DNA from: Chloroflexota bacterium
Lineage (GTDB): Bacteria > Chloroflexota > Dehalococcoidia > Dehalococcoidales > RBG-16-60-22
NCBI GenBank assembly: GCA_022574315.1
Contig: JACZSH010000001.1
Span: 1-37,621 of the forward strand
Length of the DNA stretch: 37,621 nucleotides
Direction: 5' to 3'
Position 1 is the stretch's first letter, and the number at the start of each line of letters is the position of its first letter. The position numbers and the translations under genes are program-made. Of the stretch, positions 17,406 to 25,367 are shown piece by piece. A model generated the notes under the pieces. It made no database searches and was not told the DNA's origin. It saw only the letters and a list, made by a program, of their open reading frames with translations.

Positions 17406-18144
17406 GTGTTACCGAAACCAGAACCGGAAGATGAAAGGATAACCCTGGCCAGCTTCATCCGTGAAGTTTTCGACGACTGGTTAACCAGGTCGGCCGGGAT
17501 TGTCTTTATCCTCATCGTAGCCCTGGTTATTTTCAATATTTTCTCGGACCTTCCGGAGATGTATCCATTCTTCGGGGTTTTTAATTTCTCAATGGTGCCG
17601 GTACTGTTCATCGTCGGCGGCATCATCTTTATTCTGGCTATCCTGAGGAGTTGAATGATTGCCCATGATAAGACGTCATAGAAGACACCGTGAAAAACTG
17701 CTTTTTCTCATGTTTGCCGGTGCCATCGGCGTCATGTTACTGGTCATCGGGGGTTACCAGCTCATCGAGTTTAGTGACTCCACCGCCTTTTACGGCACTC
17801 TCTGCTTACCCGGACTCTCCGCATTCACGGGTGCTCTGCTCTGAGTGTCATGTCGGCTCCGGGGTAGGTTACCTGGCCAGGTCTAAGCTAAATGGTATTC
17901 CGCAGGTTTTTGCCGTCACCACCCCCACCACCCGCTCCGTCCCCGGCTTCGGTTCCATCCCCGGCTCCGTCTCCCATGCCGGCCCTTGCCCCCTTGCCGG
18001 CAGCTACCCCGCTGGCAATACCCCATGAGCTGGAAGGGCGTGACGACCTGCCTGCTCTGTCATCAGAGCGGTAGCCAGGCGGTTCCCGATGACCGCACCG
18101 GACGGGGCAATGAAACCTGCGCTTCCTGCCATCAACCGGAATAG
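17406..18144 (+). pseudogene. Disrupted multihaem c-type cytochrome gene (NapC/NirT-related membrane-anchored N-terminus plus C-terminal dihaem module), split over five successive +1-shifted frames
   Basis: Fragments: 17406-17654 (two TM segments), 17659-17844 (RRHRRH, TM, STAF.GT), from ~17807 (CSECHVGSG..ARSKLNGIPQVFAV; CSECH at 17837-17851), from ~17925 (Pro/Ala/Ser linker, IPHELEGRDD), and 18025-18144 (CLLCH at 18049-18063, CASCH at 18118-18132). Each piece resumes in the next +1 frame. Confidence 0.55.
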
Positions 18145-18230
18145 CCGGGTGGTTCGGATGCCGTGTGTCCTGGCTTAATTAATAATTTAATGAGAATGGC
18201 ACCGCGGGGGTGGTTTGACGACCAATTATA

Positions 18231-18259
18231 TTGACACCGGGAATACCCTATGGTAGTAT
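18231..18259 (+). promoter_or_regulatory. Near-consensus sigma70 promoter with extended -10 (TTGACA-17-TGgTAGTAT)
   Basis: TTGACA at 18231-18236, 17-nt spacer ending in TGg, TAGTAT at 18254-18259, about 345 nt upstream of ccmE. Confidence 0.5.
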
Positions 18260-18603
18260 GCAGTATAGAAAAACGGGTTCCTCATCGTGGTATTTGTTCC
18301 GGAAGTTGGGCGGTGTGAAGATAGCGGATGAACTTTAATAAGCATTGGCAAGATATTCAAACCTTGTGAAAACGTGATTCACGCCACTGGCGGAATGGGC
18401 TTATGGTTAAGACTATCTCTGATTTGCCTTACACCCGCGCCGGCCGCCGTGTGAAATAGTCGGGTTGCTGGGAGGGTTGCTGCTCTAGTTGCGGCTCTTG
18501 CCAGCGCTCTGGGTAAATAACTGCTCGCGGAATTGGCAAACCAGGCTACAACATCCAGTAACCGTCGTCGATAGCGGACAATAACGCGATTCTGGAGTAA
18601 ATA

Positions 18604-19005
18604 ATGCTAAAGAAAAAGAAATTTGTTATTGGCGGCATTATCATCTTCCTGGCCATAGGCTATCTTGGATTCATGAGCTTCCAGAGTTCGGCAACGTATT
18701 ACTATACGCTCACCGAGTTCGCTCAGCAAGGAGATTCCGTCAACGGCGAAAACGTTCGTGTCAAAGGCGATATTGCCTCCGGCTCCGTTGAAAAAGAACA
18801 GGCGGGACGCATCTTGAGGTTCATCCTGGTGGAAGGAACGGAAAGCATGCCGGTTTACTACCAGGGAGTTGTTCCGGATACGTTCAATGAAGATTTTGAA
18901 ATCGTGATTGAAGGTAAACTCGGTGCGGACGGCGTTTTTGAAGCCCATACCATTATGTCCAAGTGCCCCTCCAAGTATGAGTTTGAGCCGGAAGATAATG
19001 GTTAA
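18604..19005 (+). CDS. ccmE: Cytochrome c maturation haem chaperone CcmE, Cys-type variant (CxxxY instead of HxxxY)
   Basis: N-terminal TM anchor and OB-fold pattern (VRVKGDI...FILVEG...VYYQGVVPDTF...IVIEG). The C-terminal SKCPSKYE sits where canonical CcmE has AKHDENY. Cys121 is encoded at 18964-18966. Confidence 0.85.
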   Translation: MLKKKKFVIGGIIIFLAIGYLGFMSFQSSATYYYTLTEFAQQGDSVNGENVRVKGDIASGSVEKEQAGRILRFILVEGTESMPVYYQGVVPDTFNEDFEIVIEGKLGADGVFEAHTIMSKCPSKYEFEPEDNG

Positions 19006-19017
19006 AAAAGGAATAGT

Positions 19018-20979
19018 GTGGCAGATATAGGCTATATTTCGCTATTATTGGCGCTGGGCGCGGCAATATATTCAGTATTTGTTTACATATTGGGGATAAG
19101 AAAAAAACACCCTGCCCTGCTCCAAAGCGCTCGGAACGGCCTTATTGCCGTCGGTGGGCTGGTTTCTGTCTCGGTGATGGTGATGCTCATTGCCATACTC
19201 ACGCACAATTTCCAGATTGAATATGTCGCCTCCTATACCAGCCGTGACATGTCTCTGTCCTACCTGCTGAGCGCGCTATGGGCCGGAAATGATGGCTCAC
19301 TGCTTTTTTGGGCGTGGCTACTTTCTATCTTTGCGGTTATCGTCGTGCTCCAGAAGCGCGATGTCGGCAAAGAACTGGTGCCTTGCGCCGCCACGGTTAT
19401 CATGATTATCCAGATATTTTTCCTTATCCTGTTAGTTTCAATCTCAAATCCCTTTCAGGAACTCTCTTACCTTCCTGCTGAAGGCAGAGGTCTCAATCCA
19501 TTACTCGAAAATCCCGGCATGCTGTTCCACCCGCCCACCTTGCTCGCCGGCTACGTTGGTTTCACCATTCCTTTTGCTTTCGCCATGGCGGCGCTGCTCA
19601 CCCGCCGGTTAGGTGACGACTGGATTGTGGCCATCAGGCGCTGGACGCTGCTGGCCTGGCTCGTGCTGGGCGTTGGCAACCTGATTGGCGCCTGGTGGGC
19701 TTACGTTGAGCTCGGCTGGGGTGGTTACTGGGCCTGGGACCCCGTGGAGAGCGCCAGCCTGATGCCCTGGCTGGTCGCCACCGCTTTCCTGCACTCGATA
19801 ATGATGCAGCGAAGGCGCGGAATCCTCAAAATCTGGAATATGGTACTCATAATTATCACCTTCAACCTGACATTATTCGGCACTTTCCTCACCCGGAGCG
19901 GTGTTCTCGCCTCGGTGCATACCTTTTCTGACTACACTCTCGGGCCGTTCTTTCTCACCTTTATCGGCCTCTCCCTCTTCATCCCGCTCGGCTTGCTCTA
20001 CTATCGGAGTAACGAACTGCAGGGCGAAGCCGAGATGGAGTCGCTCGTTTCCCGGGAAAGCACCTTCCTCTTCAATAACCTGCTCCTGGTCGGCGCCGCT
20101 TTCGCCGTCTTTGTCGGCACCATTTTCCCGCTCGTCTCTGAGGCCGTGCGCGGCGTTAAAGTCACCGTCGGGCCCCCCTTCTTTAACCAGGTAAACGGGC
20201 CCATCTTCCTGGCCATCATTCTGCTCTCCGGTATCTGCACTCTCATCGGCTGGCGGCGGGCTTCAATCCGTAACCTGGTTCGTCATTTCCTCTGGCCTCT
20301 GGTCGCGGCGGTGGTTTTAGTGGTCGTGCTTCTCATCGCCGGTGTAACCAAGCTTTACGCTCTCATCGCCTTATCCATCAGCGCCTTCGTCTTCTTTACC
20401 ATCCTCTACGAATGGTTCCGGGGCACCCGGGCGCGCCACCGGGTGAGGGCGGAGAATTATTTCAAGGCATTCTGGGGACTGGTTATGAACAACCGGCCTC
20501 GCTATGGCGGCTATATCGTTCATATTGCTATCATCATCATCGCCGTCGGCGTTACCGGCTCTTCCCTCTACGGGACCGAAAAAGAGGTAACCATCGTTCC
20601 CGGTGAGTCTATGACCATCAACGACTATACCCTCACCTTTCAAAACATTGATAGCTATGAAACCGAAAGTAAAACCACCGTTACCGCCACCCTCACCGTT
20701 GAAAACAACGGCCGGTTGCTCGGTAAACTGACCCCGGAAAAATATTTCCATCGCAGTTATGACCAGGCCGTAACCGAAGTCGCTATCCGCAGCACCCTCG
20801 TCGAAGACCTCTATGTTATTCTTATCGGCTGGGAAGATGATGGCACCACCTCTTTTAAAGTAATGGTTACTCCACTGGTCAGCTGGATATGGATTGGCGG
20901 AATAGTCTTCACCGCCGGAGGGTTGATCGCCTTCTGGCCGGAGAGGAGAAAGACGCCGTCTAGGAGTAAGTTGGGGTAA
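19018..20979 (+). CDS. ccmF: Cytochrome c-type biogenesis protein CcmF (haem lyase/haem handling, WWD family)
   Basis: 653-aa polytopic membrane ORF with the WWD motif GWGGYWAWDPVESASLMPWL. GTG start. Confidence 0.9.
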   Translation: MADIGYISLLLALGAAIYSVFVYILGIRKKHPALLQSARNGLIAVGGLVSVSVMVMLIAILTHNFQIEYVASYTSRDMSLSYLLSALWAGNDGSLLFWAWLLSIFAVIVVLQKRDVGKELVPCAATVIMIIQIFFLILLVSISNPFQELSYLPAEGRGLNPLLENPGMLFHPPTLLAGYVGFTIPFAFAMAALLTRRLGDDWIVAIRRWTLLAWLVLGVGNLIGAWWAYVELGWGGYWAWDPVESASLMPWLVATAFLHSIMMQRRRGILKIWNMVLIIITFNLTLFGTFLTRSGVLASVHTFSDYTLGPFFLTFIGLSLFIPLGLLYYRSNELQGEAEMESLVSRESTFLFNNLLLVGAAFAVFVGTIFPLVSEAVRGVKVTVGPPFFNQVNGPIFLAIILLSGICTLIGWRRASIRNLVRHFLWPLVAAVVLVVVLLIAGVTKLYALIALSISAFVFFTILYEWFRGTRARHRVRAENYFKAFWGLVMNNRPRYGGYIVHIAIIIIAVGVTGSSLYGTEKEVTIVPGESMTINDYTLTFQNIDSYETESKTTVTATLTVENNGRLLGKLTPEKYFHRSYDQAVTEVAIRSTLVEDLYVILIGWEDDGTTSFKVMVTPLVSWIWIGGIVFTAGGLIAFWPERRKTPSRSKLG

Positions 20980-20993
20980 GCGAGGCATAAACC

Positions 20994-21482
20994 ATGAAAA
21001 TAAGAGGCATGTTAAGCACCTTGCTGCTCGTTCTGTTCGTTGCCTTTCTCCCCGCCCGGGCCAGCGCGGCAACGGTAGGCGATATCGCTTCTCAGCTTAT
21101 TTGCCAGTGTGGCTGTACCCTGGTTCTCAATAACTGTACTCATGAGGAATGCCATTCCCGGGAAAACATGACCAACCTGGTTGCGCAGCAACTGTCTCAG
21201 GGACAATCGGATGAGCAGATTATCCAACTCTTCGTTACCCAGTACGGCGAGCAGGTGCTGTCGTCACCCCCCAAGAGAGGATTCAATCTGACGGCCTGGA
21301 TTTTACCCTTTGCCGCCATTCTGGTGGGCGGTGGAGTCATCTATTTCCTGATCAGGAGATGGGTGAGAACAGGCCAATACTCCACGGTAGCGGTGGACAC
21401 CGAAAGCGATGCCGCCGACGATGAATACGAACGCAAACTTGAAGAAGAACTGAAGTCCTTTTCCGAAGGGAGTTTCCGATGA
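20994..21482 (+). CDS. ccmH: CcmH/NrfF/CycL-family protein with atypical Cys motif
   Basis: Signal peptide, then LICQCGCTLVLNNCTHEECHS in place of LRCxxCQNQS. The family core follows (LSQGQSDEQIIQLFVTQYGEQVLSSPP), then a TM helix. Confidence 0.7.
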   Translation: MKIRGMLSTLLLVLFVAFLPARASAATVGDIASQLICQCGCTLVLNNCTHEECHSRENMTNLVAQQLSQGQSDEQIIQLFVTQYGEQVLSSPPKRGFNLTAWILPFAAILVGGGVIYFLIRRWVRTGQYSTVAVDTESDAADDEYERKLEEELKSFSEGSFR

Positions 21483-21913
21483 CCGTTTTTATCGTTTTAG
21501 TATTGACGGTGGCCGCCTTTGCCTTTATCGTTTATCCCTTTTTCAAACGGAAGTTTGGCATCGTAGATACGCCCCGGGACACCGAACTGCAGGAACTGCA
21601 CTCCCGCCGCGATACTACTTACTCCATGCTTAAAGAACTGGAGTTTGATTACCAGTCGGGCATCCTGACCGAGGAAGACTACCGGGAACTGGAGAAAAGA
21701 TATAAAAGAAAAGGGATATCGATTCTGAAAAACATTGACCAGTTGGGTGAAGGGGCCGACCTGGATGACGATATCGAAGCACAGATAAAGAAAATGCGCC
21801 GGCCGGAAAGCGAGGCACGCTTCTGCCCGCAGTGCGGGGAGAAATACCGGGCAGGCGACCGCTTTTGCACCCACTGTGGCACACGTCTGAATGGGAAGGA
21901 AGATAGTGTTTAA
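21479..21913 (+). CDS. CcmI-N-terminal-like membrane protein with C-terminal zinc ribbon
   Basis: ATGA overlap with ccmH. One TM helix, then FKRK and LKELEFDYQSGILTEEDYRELEKRY (resembles the CcmI/CycH N-terminal module), ending in FCPQCG...FCTHCG. Confidence 0.5.
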   Translation: MTVFIVLVLTVAAFAFIVYPFFKRKFGIVDTPRDTELQELHSRRDTTYSMLKELEFDYQSGILTEEDYRELEKRYKRKGISILKNIDQLGEGADLDDDIEAQIKKMRRPESEARFCPQCGEKYRAGDRFCTHCGTRLNGKEDSV

Positions 21914-23078
21914 ACGGATTATGTTATTCATGGCCGTACTGAGCCTGAGCCTTGGTATCACCGCTCCGGCCATGGCCGCCGAAGATGGAAACGGCGTCAT
22001 TGAAGGCCGGTTAATTAACCGCACTGAGGGCGGCAGCAGCGTTGTCGACCAGGACATTGAATTAAAAATCTACCGGAATGACTCGGAAGCTGACTCTTCC
22101 TCGACCTCGACCGATGAGGAAGGTAAATTTGTTTTTGACGGCCTGTCCACCGAAAGGGAGTACAGCTACGAACTGACCGTAAACTACCAGGAAGCCGACT
22201 ATCAAAGTGACCGGCTTTATTTTCTGGGTGGGGAGACCAGCCTGCCCGTAGAGATAGAAGTCTATGATTCCACCACCAGCCCGGACGCCATCAAAATACA
22301 GCAGGCGCATACCGTCATCTATACTGACCCGGAAACCCTGTGGGTGGAAGAGTTTTTCCTCTTTATTAACCAATCTGACCGCACCTATATCGGTACGGAA
22401 GGTACCCTCGGCCCGGGAATCAGGCAGACACTCCAGTTTTCTTTGCCGGAGAATGCCCTGGAACTGCAGCCGGCCGGTGAACTGATGCAGTGCTGCGTTT
22501 ATGGTACCGAGACCGGTTTTGTCGATAGCATGCCCTTTTTCCCCGGGGGCAAAGAGATTTCCTATGCTTATAAGATTGAGTACGGCCCCAAGGTACATAC
22601 CTTCTCCTGGAAGGTGAACTACCCGGTGGCCAAATACGACCTTCTGGTTCAGGGCACGGACAGCGTCATCAGCAGTGACTGGCTCACGCCTGACCAGCCC
22701 ATGGATATCAGCGGCGTTTTGTTTAACCATGTCTATGGTGAAGGGTTTACCCTGGGCGATACCGTAGTTTTTGAGATTTCTGGCTTGCCAGAGGTTGACA
22801 ATCAGAATATAATCTTATGGGTTGTCCTGACGGTAGTGGCACTCGGTTTCGGCTTTGGCTTCGTCCTCTTTCGCCGAAACAAGAAAGTTCAGCCCGTCCG
22901 GGTAGGAAACAACCTGGAGCAGCAGAAACAGAAACTGCTGGTCGAGATTGCCCGATTAGACGACACTTTCGAAAGTGGCAGCATGAGCCAGAAGGCATAT
23001 AATAAAATGCGAGCCGAAAAGAAAGCGAAGCTCCTCTCGTTGATGCAAAGGGCAAAAGGTAAGAGTGGCAACAGGTAA
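21906..23078 (+). CDS. Secreted/membrane-anchored protein of unknown function (signal peptide, beta-rich ectodomain with CarboxypepD_reg-like start, C-terminal TM plus cytoplasmic helical tail)
   Basis: GTG at 21906 (GGAAGGA RBS) gives the signal peptide MFKRIMLFMAVLSLSLGITAPAMA|AEDG. The ATG at 21891 is the alternative start. VIEGRLIN...EEGKFVFDGL is like a carboxypeptidase regulatory domain. TM helix IILWVVLTVVALGFGFGFVLF, then a basic/helical tail. Confidence 0.6.
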   Translation: MFKRIMLFMAVLSLSLGITAPAMAAEDGNGVIEGRLINRTEGGSSVVDQDIELKIYRNDSEADSSSTSTDEEGKFVFDGLSTEREYSYELTVNYQEADYQSDRLYFLGGETSLPVEIEVYDSTTSPDAIKIQQAHTVIYTDPETLWVEEFFLFINQSDRTYIGTEGTLGPGIRQTLQFSLPENALELQPAGELMQCCVYGTETGFVDSMPFFPGGKEISYAYKIEYGPKVHTFSWKVNYPVAKYDLLVQGTDSVISSDWLTPDQPMDISGVLFNHVYGEGFTLGDTVVFEISGLPEVDNQNIILWVVLTVVALGFGFGFVLFRRNKKVQPVRVGNNLEQQKQKLLVEIARLDDTFESGSMSQKAYNKMRAEKKAKLLSLMQRAKGKSGNR

Positions 23079-23818
23079 TGGAAGAATCCGGTTCGGCTTC
23101 CCCATCCCGGGCAATCACTGTCCATGGACTTACCAAGTCTTTCGGTAATCACCATGCTTTAAAAGGAATAGACTTTGAGGTAAGCCGGGGAGAGTCGGTC
23201 GTTATCTTTGGACCTAACGGAGCCGGCAAGACTACCCTGATAAAGATTCTGGCCACTATCATGAACCCGTCTTCCGGACGGATATTGGTCGATAACCTGG
23301 ACCTCAAAGACCATGCCATAAAGATTCGCCGCTCGATTGGTATCGTCACCCACCAGACGTTTCTTTACGGGAACCTCACCGCCCGCGAAAACCTGGAATT
23401 CTACGCCCGTATGTATGACGTGCCCGACCGTCAAAAGCGCATTCGAGAACTGGTGGCACTGGTCGGTATGGCCCACCGCCTCAACGACCGCGTGGGCACC
23501 TTTTCCCGGGGTATGCAGCAGAGACTCTCTATTGCCCGTGCCCTGCTCCACAGGCCATCCCTGATGCTGCTTGATGAGCCGGAGACGGGCCTTGACCAGG
23601 AAGCCAACGCCATGCTCTGGGAAGCCCTGCGCAGCGGCGAAACCGGGACCACTCCCACCATTATTCTTACCACCCACAGCCTGGAGCGCGGACTGGAACA
23701 GTGTAGCCGGCTTCTTATTCTGGTGCAGGGACAAATCACCTTTGAAGGGTCAAAACAAGCCCTGAAACTGGACGACCTGAAGAGGCTTTACCGGCATCAC
23801 ACTGGAGTGAATGCGTGA
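23078..23818 (+). CDS. ccmA: Haem exporter ABC ATPase CcmA
   Basis: Walker A GPNGAGKTT, signature FSRGMQQRL, Walker B LMLLDEP. TAATG overlap with the upstream gene and GTGA overlap with ccmB. Confidence 0.85.
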   Translation: MEESGSASPSRAITVHGLTKSFGNHHALKGIDFEVSRGESVVIFGPNGAGKTTLIKILATIMNPSSGRILVDNLDLKDHAIKIRRSIGIVTHQTFLYGNLTARENLEFYARMYDVPDRQKRIRELVALVGMAHRLNDRVGTFSRGMQQRLSIARALLHRPSLMLLDEPETGLDQEANAMLWEALRSGETGTTPTIILTTHSLERGLEQCSRLLILVQGQITFEGSKQALKLDDLKRLYRHHTGVNA

Positions 23819-24486
23819 AATACTGGCAGAAAATCATGACCGTCACCTGGAAAGACACCATCGCTGAGATGCGCACCCGGGAAATTATCTCCTCAGTGCT
23901 CGTTTTTACTCTCCTGGTAATCGTGATTTTCAACTTTGCTTTCGGGACCAACCAGACAACTTTAAATTTGGTAGCCCCGGGTATCCTCTGGGTTACTTTC
24001 ACCTTCGCCGGCGTTCTTAGCCTCAACCGGGCCTTTGTCCCCGAAAAAGAGCAGGGTTGTCTTGAAGGCTTGATGGCCTGCCCGGTTAGTCGGGAGGTTA
24101 TCTATGTCGGTAAAATGCTGGCCAGTCTGCTCTTCATGCTCATTATTGAAGCCATTGCTCTGCCCATCTTCGCCTTTCTCTTTAATTTGCCCGTCCTGTC
24201 TCTGCAAATAATCGTCATCACGGTACTGACTACCATCGGATTTGTCACCGTCGGCACTCTCTTCTCGGCTCTGGCGGTGAATACCAAGGCGCGAGAGATG
24301 ATACTGCCCATCCTTTTCCTGCCCGTGGTCATCCCCATTATTATTAGTGCCGTGCTGGCCACCGGGACGGCGCTGGCCGGCGGCTCATGGAGTGAACTGG
24401 CTTCCTCGCTTCAAATTATCGCTGTCTTTGATGTAATATTTCTGGTAGTATCGTTTCTGGTTTTTCCCTATGTCATCGAAGAGTAG
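23815..24486 (+). CDS. ccmB: Haem exporter membrane protein CcmB
   Basis: 223-aa six-TM ORF immediately after ccmA and before ccmC. The N-terminal KDTIAEMRTREIISSVLVF pattern is typical of CcmB. Confidence 0.8.
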   Translation: MKYWQKIMTVTWKDTIAEMRTREIISSVLVFTLLVIVIFNFAFGTNQTTLNLVAPGILWVTFTFAGVLSLNRAFVPEKEQGCLEGLMACPVSREVIYVGKMLASLLFMLIIEAIALPIFAFLFNLPVLSLQIIVITVLTTIGFVTVGTLFSALAVNTKAREMILPILFLPVVIPIIISAVLATGTALAGGSWSELASSLQIIAVFDVIFLVVSFLVFPYVIEE

Positions 24487-24511
24487 TCATGCCCGAAAAG
24501 GAGGATGAATT

Positions 24512-25171
24512 ATGCTCAGAAAATTGTTAGTATGGCTCGGTGTGACCCTGATGGTGTTTTCCTTGTTCCTCGTCTTCGTTTACGTTCCCACGGAGAGGAC
24601 CATGGGTATCGTGCAGAAAATCTTTTACCTCATGGTGCCGATGGGCTGGTTGGCAATACTCTCCTTCCTCATTATTTTCGTCGGCAGTATCTTCTACCTC
24701 GCTAAGAAGAGCCGCCGGTGGGACAACCTTGCTTTCTGCGGGGCTGAAACGGGGCTGGTCTTTACCACTCTGGCTTTGATTATAGGGTCTATCTGGGCAA
24801 AACCCATCTGGGGAGTCTGGTGGACCTGGGAACCTCGCTTAACCGCTACCCTGGTTCTCTGGTTGATTTACATCGCTTATTTTATGGTGCGCTCTTTTGC
24901 CTCGGAAGAATACCGGGGGGCAACCTTTGCCGCCGTCGTTGGCATTGTCGGCTTCGTTGACATCCCCATCATTATCCTGTCCACCACCCTCTGGCGGGGG
25001 ATGCATCCCGGGCCGATTATTTTTCAGGGCGGACTGGAACCTGCCATGCTCTTCACCTTGCTGGTCAGCCTGGCGGCCTTTACCGTTTTATATGTTCTTA
25101 TCCTTACCCAGCGTGTTTCACTGAGAAATGACCAGATGGAATTAGCCAGATTGAAGGAACTATACCATTAA
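24512..25171 (+). CDS. ccmC: Haem exporter / haem delivery protein CcmC (WWD family)
   Basis: AAGGAGG RBS. WAKPIWGVWWTWEPRLTA tryptophan-rich motif. Polytopic membrane protein. Confidence 0.85.
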   Translation: MLRKLLVWLGVTLMVFSLFLVFVYVPTERTMGIVQKIFYLMVPMGWLAILSFLIIFVGSIFYLAKKSRRWDNLAFCGAETGLVFTTLALIIGSIWAKPIWGVWWTWEPRLTATLVLWLIYIAYFMVRSFASEEYRGATFAAVVGIVGFVDIPIIILSTTLWRGMHPGPIIFQGGLEPAMLFTLLVSLAAFTVLYVLILTQRVSLRNDQMELARLKELYH

Positions 25172-25201
25172 CCGGTAATACTTGAAAGGAGAAGTATCGT
25201 T

Positions 25202-25351
25202 ATGGAAAATACGGGATTTTTACTTGCGGCTTTCAGTATCGTCTGGGCGGTCGTCTTCGGTTACATCCTTCTCATGGTTAACCGCCAGCGCAAACTCCGG
25301 ATAGAAATCGCCTCACTGAAAGCAACATTGAAGGAAAAAGGAATAGAATAG
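25202..25351 (+). CDS. ccmD: CcmD-like small membrane protein (49 aa, below the ORF-track cutoff)
   Basis: My own translation: MENTGFLLAAFSIVWAVVFGYILLMVNRQRKLRIEIASLKATLKEKGIE. Single TM helix plus basic tail directly after ccmC, as expected for CcmD. GGAGAAG RBS-like sequence upstream. Confidence 0.6.
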   Translation: MENTGFLLAAFSIVWAVVFGYILLMVNRQRKLRIEIASLKATLKEKGIE

Positions 25352-25367
25352 GCCCCGGGGGTTCCCC

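Noticed and set aside
17297-17626. 109-aa minus-strand ORF opposite the cytochrome remnant
   Set aside because: It has a Ser/Gly/Arg-rich low-complexity tail and no motif or RBS. The plus strand explains the region better as a decayed cytochrome gene.
18383-18389. GCCACTG (B12-box-like heptamer) in the ccmE leader, suggesting a cobalamin riboswitch
   Set aside because: The other conserved cobalamin-riboswitch elements (the GGGAA...GGTG.AA.TCC core and the downstream GGGAAGGC pairing) are not recognisable around it. A heptamer alone is expected by chance.
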